Positions 20,347 through 30,127 of a DNA stretch of 64,000 nucleotides are shown here, piece after piece. Source of the DNA: an uncultured Acidobacteriota bacterium (GTDB lineage Bacteria; Acidobacteriota; UBA6911); assembly GCA_963809485.1 (NCBI GenBank), contig CAWEJX010000015.1, forward strand, positions 160,001-224,000, written 5' to 3'. The first letter of the stretch is position 1; each line of letters opens with the position of its first letter. The notes below the pieces were generated by a model. The model was not told the origin of the DNA. It saw only the letters and a list, made by a program, of their open reading frames with translations, and made no database searches. Made by a program: the position numbers and the translations under genes.

Positions 20347-21081
20347 CTATAAGGCGGCATTGGAGGACGAAAGGATGCGAAGAGATGTCACGGTTTCATC
20401 GATATCGTTGGCAATAATGTTTCTCTCTTGAAATTCATTGAGTACCTCCACCCTTAGATCCGCTTCCTTGGAGATCTTATCCTCAGACGGCAGAGTGGGA
20501 TCCTTTTTGACATGCTCAATTTCGTTCGTGATTCGCTGCCTGACCTCCGCCAAGTGGGCGGTTTCCGAGTTGAGTTGGACCATCTGATCGTAATATTTCC
20601 CCACCAATCGGTAAAATTCGTCCAAATATTTTTGTGCTGCGGGATCACTGAGCCTGCTTTGCTGATCCTTAAGCAACATCAGCATGTTGTACGCCAGAGC
20701 TCGATTCTTACTGAGGCCGTCGCCTTTGAAATCGACGGCATTCCGGTCAAGTTCGGCCATGAAATCCCGGCTTAGCTCTTTAACTCCCTCTAATTCCTGG
20801 TTGGCAGGGGCACTCCGTACTATCACCTTGTTCGTTTCGTCAAGTCCGATCCCCGGGTTCGAAACGCCTTTTGAATGTCTGTAATAACTATAAATGCATA
20901 GCAGGGAGACGATCACGATAACTGGGATGGCCCAATGCAGGACCGCTCGATTGAAATTCATCGACTTGGAGTCATGGATATCTCCAGGATTACCGGAAGA
21001 CAGCGGAGTGGCACACCTCCGGCAGCGGCGGGCATTTCCCCTGTTGATCAGTTTGCACTTAGGACATCTGATTACACCCAA
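20347..21081 (-). CDS. Hypothetical protein: zinc ribbon, TM, helical ectodomain
   Basis: 'CPKC...CRRC', a single hydrophobic span, coiled-coil-like C-terminus. Confidence 0.7.
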   Translation of the reverse strand: MGVIRCPKCKLINRGNARRCRRCATPLSSGNPGDIHDSKSMNFNRAVLHWAIPVIVIVSLLCIYSYYRHSKGVSNPGIGLDETNKVIVRSAPANQELEGVKELSRDFMAELDRNAVDFKGDGLSKNRALAYNMLMLLKDQQSRLSDPAAQKYLDEFYRLVGKYYDQMVQLNSETAHLAEVRQRITNEIEHVKKDPTLPSEDKISKEADLRVEVLNEFQERNIIANDIDETVTSLRILSSSNAAL

Positions 21082-21188
21082 TCACTCATACCTTTCGATA
21101 AGTTCGAGTTGGCGTTCCATGCGGCGGCAGCGGCCGAATCCCGGGCTGCAATAATCACAGAACACCAGTTTCTGAACAAACAGGCGAT

Positions 21189-22667
21189 CTAGGGATCCAT
21201 CCCGCTGGTGATTTCTCTGAATGATAGTTGCGTTAAAGGGATAAGGCCGCTACCCATGTTCAATAGCGAGCCGTCGTAGGATGAAATTTGGCTGTTCCCT
21301 CTGATATCAAAAACCGTGGACGTTCCGAAAGTCCACGCCCCGTCAACCTGGGTTAGATTGGCGATAATTATTCCACCGTGAATGCCGCGATTCATGCCGT
21401 GGGCCCAAAAGTCACCCCCGCCTATCACCAGAACGAGTCCATCAAACTCCACGCTGCCGCCCATGGCGCACATGCCCGTTACCACCAGCAGCCCTGCTCC
21501 CGAGATCCCGCCGGTAGCGCTCAAGTCCCCGCTAACGTAGGTAATTTTGGGATTCGAAACAGTCCCTAGATCTACACCGCCGATCGATCCGTCCGTTATT
21601 ATATTATCCGCCACTCGAGGCACCTGGTTATACGCAAAGTCCTGCAGCCAGGCAGGATCCCGCAAGTTCGCTTTTGCGGGATCGGCCATCACACTGGCGG
21701 TGATGTCGGCAATGCAATTAGACGCATCGGCTCCTGTGCAATTTCCGGTGATATTTCCTTTACCTCCTGTGGCAGTTTTCAGGATCTGGTCGGGATAATA
21801 AGCATCCGTCAGATCCGTGTCGATGGTTGCAAGTCCCGGCCCGTCGCTGGTGCCGGTGATGTCAAAGGCGTTTCCCGAAAAATTCGCGTCCACATCGCTT
21901 CCGATTACTATCGCCGGTGAGCCCATGTTGCTAAACGGGGCACCACCCTGTATGAATCTGGATTCAAATATCGCGACCGAATTCCGGCGCCTATTGGCTC
22001 CGGCGCTGTCTGAGATTGTTCCTGCAACCCCAACGGAGCGGACGATGATAATTCCATCCCCGTCAACGAAAGGATTATCCGCCGGATCCCGGGCCAGTTC
22101 CGATGCCTCGCCGTTGTTGTCGGTAACTTTAACGAAATATCGAGCTGTGTTCACCGTCCCCGATCCGTATGGATTTGTGGAAGTGAAAAGGACGCCGGTT
22201 CGGGGTATCAGCACTGTTCCCGAGCCCGTAGTGACAAGCCCATCATCGTTAAGGGAGCTGAGATCGCTTGCAGGATCCGGAAGGTTCAGCGATTGGAATG
22301 TGGCCCAGCCGGTCAGGTTGCGAAAGCTGGCGAAACGGGCGATGCTGAGATATTCCGTTGTGTTGGTGTAAGTTCCATCCGGCCCCTTAAGGGCATCGTT
22401 AAACGAAAGCCCGCGTAGAACCTCGCGTGCATGCTCGAGGCCGGCGCGGGCTGCCCACCTTGCCTGCAACATGCTTTCGCTGTTGTCGCTTATTTTCACC
22501 TCCTCGACACTGCTCATGAACAGATATGCGGAAAACATGGTTAGCAGCAAAAGCGCGATCATGACAAGAACCATCGCGATCCCCTGCTCATCCTTAAGCC
22601 CTCGATGATCAGCGCTGTCGAGTTCGGAGTTCTTAGGCAGATTTGGTTGAGAGGTAATTGTCTTCAT
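21189..22667 (-). CDS. PilX-like minor pilin with a Gly/Thr-rich C-terminal domain
   Basis: 'EQG/IAMVLVMIALLLL' pilin helix lacking E+5 and 'ARWAARAGLE', typical of PilX N-termini. Confidence 0.85.
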   Translation of the reverse strand: MKTITSQPNLPKNSELDSADHRGLKDEQGIAMVLVMIALLLLTMFSAYLFMSSVEEVKISDNSESMLQARWAARAGLEHAREVLRGLSFNDALKGPDGTYTNTTEYLSIARFASFRNLTGWATFQSLNLPDPASDLSSLNDDGLVTTGSGTVLIPRTGVLFTSTNPYGSGTVNTARYFVKVTDNNGEASELARDPADNPFVDGDGIIIVRSVGVAGTISDSAGANRRRNSVAIFESRFIQGGAPFSNMGSPAIVIGSDVDANFSGNAFDITGTSDGPGLATIDTDLTDAYYPDQILKTATGGKGNITGNCTGADASNCIADITASVMADPAKANLRDPAWLQDFAYNQVPRVADNIITDGSIGGVDLGTVSNPKITYVSGDLSATGGISGAGLLVVTGMCAMGGSVEFDGLVLVIGGGDFWAHGMNRGIHGGIIIANLTQVDGAWTFGTSTVFDIRGNSQISSYDGSLLNMGSGLIPLTQLSFREITSGMDP

Positions 22668-22692
22668 GGTTTTATCCCAATCGCTTTTGCTG

Positions 22693-23217
22693 CTAAAAGG
22701 GAGCCGGAGCTGCCTTGTAGGGAGGGGTTTGACGGATTAGACCGCCCCTGTCTACAAGAATGTCCACGCGCAGCCCACTGGGAGAAATCAGCCTGATGCG
22801 TCCGGCAGAACCATTTCCTGAAACCGGCAGAGTCCCATCAGGCTGAAATGTCACGTAGCTGCCGGGGAAAGTAACCGCATCGACGCCATCAGCGGTATTC
22901 AGGCTGATACCTTTGGGCAAGTAATAGGGCCCCCTGAGCAGCGTGCCGTCCGACAATTCCACCTGATAGAACCTTGCATTGGAAAAGTTGACACGAAGGG
23001 GTTCATTGCCGGATACCGCCTTGAGTTTAGCCGAATGCAGATAGGTGCAGATCTCTTGAGCCGAGAAAACAGTGCTGTAACTGTTCCACATGGCTATCAC
23101 TCCGGGCACGGCCATAGCGGCAATGATCCCGGCGACACATAGAACGACTGTTATTTCAACGAGCGAAAACCCGGCATTTTGGGGCCAGCCTGAGGCACGT
23201 CCATTCATTTGCATCAC
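22693..23217 (-). CDS. FimT/FimU/GspH-like minor pilin
   Basis: 'AG/FSLVEI' prepilin motif, 'AKLKAV', 'VTFQPDG'. Confidence 0.85.
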   Translation of the reverse strand: MMQMNGRASGWPQNAGFSLVEITVVLCVAGIIAAMAVPGVIAMWNSYSTVFSAQEICTYLHSAKLKAVSGNEPLRVNFSNARFYQVELSDGTLLRGPYYLPKGISLNTADGVDAVTFPGSYVTFQPDGTLPVSGNGSAGRIRLISPSGLRVDILVDRGGLIRQTPPYKAAPAPF

Positions 23218-23855
23218 CCTAGATTCGGCAGTGCGGCAACGCCGGCAAGAGTAAAGCCAAAGGTCTTTCCTGTACGAGGATTGGCCACGGACGAAGATCC
23301 GTTGATCGTAATCCTTATTGCTCTGACGTCGGCCCCAACCGTTGTAGCCGTCCCATTGTTGTCCAGATATTCCAGAGTTAAGCCGGATATGTAGTTTGCC
23401 AGAGTCTGAACCGTTCCGTCCGCGGCAACAAGCTCAATGCTTTGATCATCCGAATTATATTGGATTGTTATATCTTCATTCGCGTCCAGGATGTCGCCAT
23501 CCGGATCACCCTGGTTGCCTCCTGCCTATCCGGTCAAATCGCTGCAGAGCCGCACTTCGGTCGCGCTTCCTGTTGACACGGGCGTTAACGAAGTTGACAT
23601 CGGATTGTTGCCTGCCTGCACGATGTAACGCTCCAGAGCGCTCATGGCCACCCGGGTATTTTCCATTACGCTCAGAACCTCTGTTTGATATCCCGAGTTG
23701 CTTTGCACATCGGCCAACATCATAAAAACGCCTGAGGACAGACCCAGAATGACCGCCATGGAGACCAGGAACTCCACGAGTGAAAAACCACTCTCTTTCA
23801 ATATCCCCTGATCGCAGGGCAACGGCGCAATGAACTGCTTTCTTGTTTTTTTCAT
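23214..23855 (-). pseudogene. PilW-like minor pilin interrupted by one in-frame TAG (23526-23528)
   Basis: 'SG/FSLVEF' motif. Reading through the TAG continues in frame (AGGNQGDPDGDILDANEDITIQY...AALPNLG) to a TGA at 23214 that overlaps the next gene's GTG. Confidence 0.8.
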
Positions 23856-24385
23856 CAGCCCCTGTAACTGAAAATGGTTGTTACATTAATTACCTTATTT
23901 TGTCCGACCTTGTTGTTTACCGTTGTCCCGGACCCTGTCCCGGACCTGATCGGCGTTACTGTAACGGTCACCCGGACCGCCCGTAATACCTTGCCCACCC
24001 TGGCGTCCGGCACGGCGGCGACCGTCCAAGCCACGCTATAACGGTTCATTGTATTTTCGTCGTTGGGATTGACGATTTCGACCTGGACGGGGCCATGATT
24101 TCCAACCGTTAGATTTGCATCGCCGGCATTTTCCTTGTACAAGCGCGCCAGAGTTTCCAATTGATTGTTTGCCGCGAATCCGGCAGTGTCCTTGGACCGG
24201 GCAAGCGTAGTTGATTGAATTGAGCTAAAAATCATCGGTCCAACAAACATCAGACCGAGGGCGAGGATAAGCATGGCCATCAGAGATTCAACCAGGCTGA
24301 AGCCTTCCGAACCGGCAGGGTTATAATCCGGCATGGCTTTTCTATCGAATGTTTCGACAGCTGGAATCTCCAAGATCATTTCCAT
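23855..24385 (-). CDS. PilV-like minor pilin
   Basis: 'EG/FSLVESLMAMLIL' motif; TGATG coupling to the pilW-like gene; alternative start at 24334. Confidence 0.85.
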   Translation of the reverse strand: MEMILEIPAVETFDRKAMPDYNPAGSEGFSLVESLMAMLILALGLMFVGPMIFSSIQSTTLARSKDTAGFAANNQLETLARLYKENAGDANLTVGNHGPVQVEIVNPNDENTMNRYSVAWTVAAVPDARVGKVLRAVRVTVTVTPIRSGTGSGTTVNNKVGQNKVINVTTIFSYRG

Positions 24386-24477
24386 ATGCGCATATATCCT
24401 TGGAATGGAATCATGCCATCCCCGTCACCCCGGTATCATCCCTGTTGGGACGCACCTGTTGCATAGCATCAAGGAGA

Positions 24478-24494
24478 AGCAAGAATCGTGCCGG
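24478..24494 (-). promoter_or_regulatory. Sigma-54 -24/-12 promoter of the minor-pilin operon
   Basis: Minus strand CCGGCACGATTCTTGCT has exact GG-N10-GC spacing and matches TGGCACG-N4-TTGCW at all but the first base. Confidence 0.75.
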
Positions 24495-25049
24495 TTTCAG
24501 GCACAACAACACACAATAACTCATTCCTGCAAATGACTAGTTCCAAGGAACTTACGACGGAGAAAATATTCCCCATAATCCGGCGGGCCTTTTTAGGCAG
24601 TGGACTATGCTGATTCACAGCGTGTCCTATGCTGAAAATCAGCCATCGTAAATTTAACATCAAAAAAAGACCGCATTTTGGCAAGAGTGTCACACTCTTC
24701 TCCCCAGATTCAGCACACTTCCTGTCCGTATAAAACAATTATCGGCAGCAATGCCCATAAATATGAGCAATAGTTTTTAGAAGCTTACGCCAAAAATCGT
24801 ATATCCGATTAGTTTAACAAAACGGAGTATCGTCATCCTGCATGGAGGAGTTCAGAAATTTAACCGATGGCGCCGTCGGCCCGGCGATGGGTATGCTCCC
24901 CTTTGATATTGGGGCAGCGCCGGACAACTGGACGTTTGACGAATCGACGAGATGACAGGGGGCTAAAAAGACGATGATGAAACAGGAGCAATTCCATTGG
25001 TAAACCCCCGGATCTGCGGACTCATAGAGTCTGACAGCACCGTCTTTTG

Positions 25050-25228
25050 AAACGCTGAGATGCGCTGACAAAAGCGCTGACAAACGCCGATTTGTTCGGC
25101 GAGGGTCGGCGAGCAAAAGCCGATGAGGAGCTTCCGATGGAGTTTTCAGGGCACTGTGGCAAGCGCCGTACGGCAAGGAGATGGAGGGTATGAGAAACCG
25201 TACGTTTGCCCGCGTAAGTCAGCGTTGA
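25050..25228. repeat. Degenerate copy of the ACGCTGAC-unit palindromic element
   Basis: aacgctgagatgcgctgacaaaagcgctgacaaacgccga ... cgcgtaagtcagcgttgaa. Confidence 0.55.
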
Positions 25229-25353
25229 AGACCGGAGTATCTACCCCAACCGCTTTGATCGGTTCAGATCTTGCCTCCGGCTTTGCCGGAGCCACCTGAC
25301 CTTATTTATGCGGCATTGCTTATATTGCCATGTATAGAAACTGGTTAAGGTTC

Positions 25354-27786
25354 TCAGCGTATCTCAATTAACCTTATGGCATAGCCGGGCTCCTCCATAA
25401 TTATTTTCAGATTCTCCCCGTTTTGCTCAATAAATTTTGTTAATGCCCGATATTTGGTCCTTAATGTCTTTCCCCGCGTTTTGTCAATCTGGGGCGTATT
25501 GGTGTCAATGATCAGGTATTTAAAGCCGGCATTTTTAAAACGCGCGATGGTTTTTTTATCGTCACGATCGCGAGTAAGATACATAAAAATATCAAGCTGA
25601 TTATCGTCGAGCACAAGTCTGTCATTTTGATGAATGAAGTATTTAATGAAGGTTCCCACTCTATATATTTTCGGCGGATTTTCTTTATTCGCGTCAATAT
25701 CACTGTTAATTATCTTGGAGATATTCAAATATACCGGTATCAATTTTTTCATGTACCCATTTTCATCCATGACTCCTCTGGCATAGGCAAGACCGACAGG
25801 ACTAATGGAAAAGGCTGGTGATGATACTGTTCTCAGACTGATGGCACAAACAAACCAAACAATTAATGCAATGTTCGTTGCATATCGCAAAAACGTCCAA
25901 TAAGGGTTTTTTAGCCGATGAATTACCGCAACGATGAGAATAAGCAAAAAGATGAATCCCCCGTAGCCGTACCAAATCACTCCTTTCGCAATAATTGCCC
26001 ACAATATCCAATACATTGATCCTGCGATTAGTATTTCTTGCCACAGCTGTCGAGAGTTTGTCTCTTCGTTTACAGATGTTCTTACATAAGTGATAAATAT
26101 TAGAGGTACTATTGCGAGAAATATGTAACCAATATCCACATATGCCCCGGAAACAACCGGATTGAAGGTAACGGTAAAGGGAAGCAAAAGATATTTCCTT
26201 ATTCCATGATCAAAACCGAGATATCGGCCCTGTTCCTCATGCACGCCGGTTGATGATATATCCGGCAATTGCCCCAAATTGCCGTTGACAGGAGGATTCA
26301 TCGCGATGACAGGCGCCCTGCTTTTCCCGAATCGCAGGGATTGCATGGATATCTGTCCGGTTTCAGCAATATTCTTAATCCCGTATGGCATGAAAGGCGT
26401 CCATATACATGCCATGAAAACCAGCATCGCCAGAAAGCTTTTTCTCTCCTTTCTTTTGATCATATAAAGCAGGGCGTAGAGCCACAGGATCACTATAAAG
26501 AACAGCGCCGTGTATTTAATGGTAAATGCAAATCCCATAAAAAGTCCGCTCAACCACAGGGATTTCAACTCAGGTTGTCCTCCTTTCCTCCATGACAGAA
26601 AAGAAATAAAGGCAAGCAGCATAAAAAACAGGGCGCCTAAATCCACCTTCATGTCACTGGATGATTGGTACATAACCGTGGGTAATGTGTAAAAAAGCGT
26701 TGCAGCAAATAAAGCGTAGGCATTTGCCTGCGATTTAGAGATATTTCGATGCTCACAACAGGATTGGACAGTCACATAAATACCTGCAAAAGCGAGGATT
26801 CCACCCAGAAAAGAGAGAAAAGAAGCTATGGTGGCGCTATGAAAAAGCACATACCCCAGACTCATGAAAAGTCCCCAGGAGTAGGCCTCTATACCGCCGA
26901 GCAATTCCCCCCGCTGAGCGAGCAAATTCGGAACATTCATATAGACTGCAGTATCATCCCATCCGATTGGAATAGGGCGGATTAATTCAAGGACATTGTG
27001 ACTGAGCACAATCGAAAACAGAAAAAAGAGCAGGATGCGCACATCGGCATAAGGCCCCCGAAAATGCATTTGAGCCCTGAAAAAGGCTTTGAGCCACTGC
27101 CATAATTCTTTATGTGCCAGTGATAAAAATAAAATTACTATTAGCCAGACGGGGGCGCCTCGCAACCAGCCGAACAAGCCCAAAACAAAAAGTGTGAAAG
27201 TAATGAGAACCGCTCCAATGCCGAAAGATAAAAGGAATAACTTGAGACTATAGGGTTCGTCGCGTTTCAGGCGGCTGAAGGCATATTTCCCTATGGAAGC
27301 ACAAATCAAAAGAATGAAGCCAAGGGCGGCAAGTATGAAGCCATAATGAGAAAATATGCCCGGGTAGGGCGTTATGAAAGCACCTGCGTAAATTTGATAG
27401 AATCCGAACCATATGAAAGCAATAAGAAAAAATATAAAGGAAAAAATGATCATCAGTATGAAGGGCGAAAACTTTATATCAATGTTTCTCTCCTTGGCAT
27501 ACAAACGCCTCCATAAACAAAACAGGAAGTAGTCGCCACTGATAACCACGACCATAGACAATAGGGGATAGATTTCCAAGCTTCGCCCAAGGATGGAATG
27601 GAAGATGTGAATGTAATATTGGTGACTAGTTCTCCAGACTATCTGTCCATCCGCAACGCTGACAAAATAGGAGACCGCAACGCAGATAACCCATAGCGCC
27701 CCGATTATGTGCATGAAGATGCCAGCTTGATATTTCACAAAGAAGCCTTTTTTAACTATCCCGGCTCGCGGGATACGGGCCGCCAT
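25354..27786 (-). CDS. Large GT-C (PMT/GT39-like) membrane glycosyltransferase
   Basis: Many TMs, luminal acidic motif 'PIPIGWDD..VYMN.P', 'DMKVDLG', 'GFAFTIKYT'; AT-rich coding. Confidence 0.7.
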   Translation of the reverse strand: MAARIPRAGIVKKGFFVKYQAGIFMHIIGALWVICVAVSYFVSVADGQIVWRTSHQYYIHIFHSILGRSLEIYPLLSMVVVISGDYFLFCLWRRLYAKERNIDIKFSPFILMIIFSFIFFLIAFIWFGFYQIYAGAFITPYPGIFSHYGFILAALGFILLICASIGKYAFSRLKRDEPYSLKLFLLSFGIGAVLITFTLFVLGLFGWLRGAPVWLIVILFLSLAHKELWQWLKAFFRAQMHFRGPYADVRILLFFLFSIVLSHNVLELIRPIPIGWDDTAVYMNVPNLLAQRGELLGGIEAYSWGLFMSLGYVLFHSATIASFLSFLGGILAFAGIYVTVQSCCEHRNISKSQANAYALFAATLFYTLPTVMYQSSSDMKVDLGALFFMLLAFISFLSWRKGGQPELKSLWLSGLFMGFAFTIKYTALFFIVILWLYALLYMIKRKERKSFLAMLVFMACIWTPFMPYGIKNIAETGQISMQSLRFGKSRAPVIAMNPPVNGNLGQLPDISSTGVHEEQGRYLGFDHGIRKYLLLPFTVTFNPVVSGAYVDIGYIFLAIVPLIFITYVRTSVNEETNSRQLWQEILIAGSMYWILWAIIAKGVIWYGYGGFIFLLILIVAVIHRLKNPYWTFLRYATNIALIVWFVCAISLRTVSSPAFSISPVGLAYARGVMDENGYMKKLIPVYLNISKIINSDIDANKENPPKIYRVGTFIKYFIHQNDRLVLDDNQLDIFMYLTRDRDDKKTIARFKNAGFKYLIIDTNTPQIDKTRGKTLRTKYRALTKFIEQNGENLKIIMEEPGYAIRLIEIR

Positions 27787-27811
27787 TTAAGGACAGGATC
27801 ATTCGTCCATC

Positions 27812-28164
27812 TCAGCGGGATAGCTTGTCTATTTGCGCCTTGAGAATACTGTTATTCTGCGCCAGGTTTTTTACCTGGTCGCTTAACCGCGATATTTTGA
27901 TTGAAAAATGCAGCGAAATCAAAACCAGAAAAACTATGCCGAAAATAAACAGGGTGGTGGTAGGCGCCACGGCCCCGAGCAAGGCCTTGTCAGTTTGACG
28001 AGCAGGTCGTACCAGACGACCAGAAGAGTTAAAGCAAAACCGGTCAGCAGCCACAACCATGAATATTCTTCATGCAATTTTCTGTTTCGCACGAGGCAGA
28101 TGATTACAGCAAAAATCGATAGACTGATAAAGACGGCAGCAATCTTCTGATGGAGCGTCATCAA
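27812..28164 (-). CDS. DUF2304 family membrane protein (frameshift at ~27985, probably a sequencing error)
   Basis: 'LVRNRKLHEEYSWLWL' and 'KISRLSDQVKNLAQ' lie in two frames; follows a DPM-synthase-like GT2. Confidence 0.8.
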
Positions 28165-28174
28165 GGTACGCCTC

Positions 28175-28918
28175 CTATATGCTTGATTTCTTTCTTAACA
28201 GAGTCATCAAGATGGCCAGAAAAACGTTGAAGAAATAATGACTGATCCTGATAATACCCCGATGCATGCTCCTGCCTTCGGGGTTCGGCTGCATCCTTAC
28301 AGGTAGTTCCCGCAGCTTGAAGCCCTTGCGATGCAGGTCGATAATAGTATTGGCATCGGGGTAATGGTAAGGGAAGCCGTCTTCTGTAAAATATCGAAAT
28401 ACTGCACGATTCATGCACCGATAGCCGGACGTCGGATCTGTAATGGTTTCGGCCACCAGCAACTTGATAATCTTTCGGAATAAACTGATTGCCATCGACT
28501 TAAACAGGCCCGTCGTCTGCTTGTCGTTTTTCAGAAAGCGGGAGCCAATTGCCATATCACACCGGCGATCTTCAATCATGGCGAACAAATCCGGGATATG
28601 GGAGGGATGATGCTGGCCGTCGCCATCGATCTGCAGAAGAGTCTCATAGTTGTTCATCAGCGCATATTTATATCCCGTCTGCACGGCCACGCCGGCGCCC
28701 ATATTGAAGGGGTGGCGGAGCAGAAGGGCGCCCGCTGAGGCGGCGCGCTCTGCGGTCCGGTCTTCGGAACCGTCATCGATGACCACGATATCCGCCTGGC
28801 TGTACTGCCTGACGCCTTCGATGACGGCGGCAATCTGCTTCTCTTCGTTGTAAGCGGGAATGATGATCAATCTTTTTGTTTGCAATGATTGGCCCCGGTT
28901 TTTGTTCCTAGGATCCAT
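28175..28918 (-). CDS. GT2, polyprenol-phosphate sugar synthase (DPM1-like)
   Basis: 'IIPAYNEE', 'IDDGSED', 'IDGDGQH', 'IGSRF', 'TDPTSGYR'. Confidence 0.9.
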   Translation of the reverse strand: MDPRNKNRGQSLQTKRLIIIPAYNEEKQIAAVIEGVRQYSQADIVVIDDGSEDRTAERAASAGALLLRHPFNMGAGVAVQTGYKYALMNNYETLLQIDGDGQHHPSHIPDLFAMIEDRRCDMAIGSRFLKNDKQTTGLFKSMAISLFRKIIKLLVAETITDPTSGYRCMNRAVFRYFTEDGFPYHYPDANTIIDLHRKGFKLRELPVRMQPNPEGRSMHRGIIRISHYFFNVFLAILMTLLRKKSSI

Positions 28919-29985
28919 TTTATAAAATGCCAGTACTTGTTCATTGAATAATTCACCAGTGCAAGCTTCCAGTCGCCGATCTCTTCATACCATACCCGAC
29001 CGCTGAACATTCCCACAATATCCCGATCCTTCACCCTGCGCAATGACTGTGAATTGCGCCGCGCCGCCAGGAGGTAATTCCAGCTTTCGAAGCTCAGGAA
29101 GTATTTATAAACCCTTAATTTTTCTCTGAACCATCCCCTCTGCACGGAGAACAGCAACAATCCGAACTCCATAATGACAAAAGGCAATGAAACTAAAAAT
29201 AGGGTGGACAACTGGTAATTTTTGATTATTGCCAGCAGGCGATTTCGATCAAGCCAGTAATATTTCCGGGCGTCCTCGGCAAACGAATGCTTGTGATAGA
29301 CGACTGCCTGCGGAGCTAAAACGCAACGCCGGCCGGCAAGCCGGATCCGCCAGCCCAAATCGTGGTCCTCATTATACAACTGGAATTCTTCGTCAAAGAG
29401 GCCCGTTGTCTCCAGAACCTCTTTTTTATAAAGGACAGCCGCACCCGAGGGGCAGCAGATTTCCTTAACGGGTTGGGAACGAGTTCCAGCATACTCTTCA
29501 CCGTATCCCTCGCAATACCCAAATCCCAGAAAGTGGATAACGTTCCCCAGGCTGTTGACCTTCCGTCTATCGGGCCAAAACATGATTCTCGCCTGCACCG
29601 CCCCTATGGCGGCATCACTTTCCGCCGTTTCCACCAAACGGCTCACACAGCCCGCCTCGATGATCGTGTCCATATTGAACAGTACGATGAAATCAAAACC
29701 CTCCCGCAAAGCCTGCCGCATGGCATCGTTGTTTCCCTTGGCAAAGCCGTCGTTGTTTGCATTCCGGATTATCTCCGCTTCCGGCGCCGTTTCCTTCAGG
29801 AAGGCAAAGCTTGCCTCAGTAGACTGATTGTCCGTGATGAAGAGTTTTGTTTCACCGCCCCAGTCCTGTCTCCTCAGGCTTTCAATACAATCAGCCAAAT
29901 ATTCCCGGCCGTGATCGCCAAAATTGGGGCTGATGACGATGGCTGCTTTTTTCCCCCGCCTTAAGGGCATAATGTAAACTTCCAA
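28867..29985 (-). CDS. GT2 glycosyltransferase (WbbL/RfbF-like)
   Basis: 'DNQSTE', 'NDGFAKGNN', 'FNMD', 'SGAAVL', 'FDEEF.LYNED.DL.WR'. Confidence 0.9.
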   Translation of the reverse strand: MEVYIMPLRRGKKAAIVISPNFGDHGREYLADCIESLRRQDWGGETKLFITDNQSTEASFAFLKETAPEAEIIRNANNDGFAKGNNDAMRQALREGFDFIVLFNMDTIIEAGCVSRLVETAESDAAIGAVQARIMFWPDRRKVNSLGNVIHFLGFGYCEGYGEEYAGTRSQPVKEICCPSGAAVLYKKEVLETTGLFDEEFQLYNEDHDLGWRIRLAGRRCVLAPQAVVYHKHSFAEDARKYYWLDRNRLLAIIKNYQLSTLFLVSLPFVIMEFGLLLFSVQRGWFREKLRVYKYFLSFESWNYLLAARRNSQSLRRVKDRDIVGMFSGRVWYEEIGDWKLALVNYSMNKYWHFIKWILGTKTGANHCKQKD

Positions 29986-30127
29986 TATTTTATGGCGATT
30001 TAGACTCTATATTATTACTGATAGATTTTATCGCGCCATTTTGTTAAAAATAACTTCAAATGGCTTGAGCTGAATATAAATGATTGAAAAACCTTTAGTT
30101 ATGCAGGTTTCACAGTGAAGGAAAATC

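Noticed and set aside
23526-23528. Genome-wide TAG reassignment
   Set aside because: TAG terminates flp, cpaF, tadB and both vWA tadG genes at expected positions, and the tadE copies interchange TAG and TAA.
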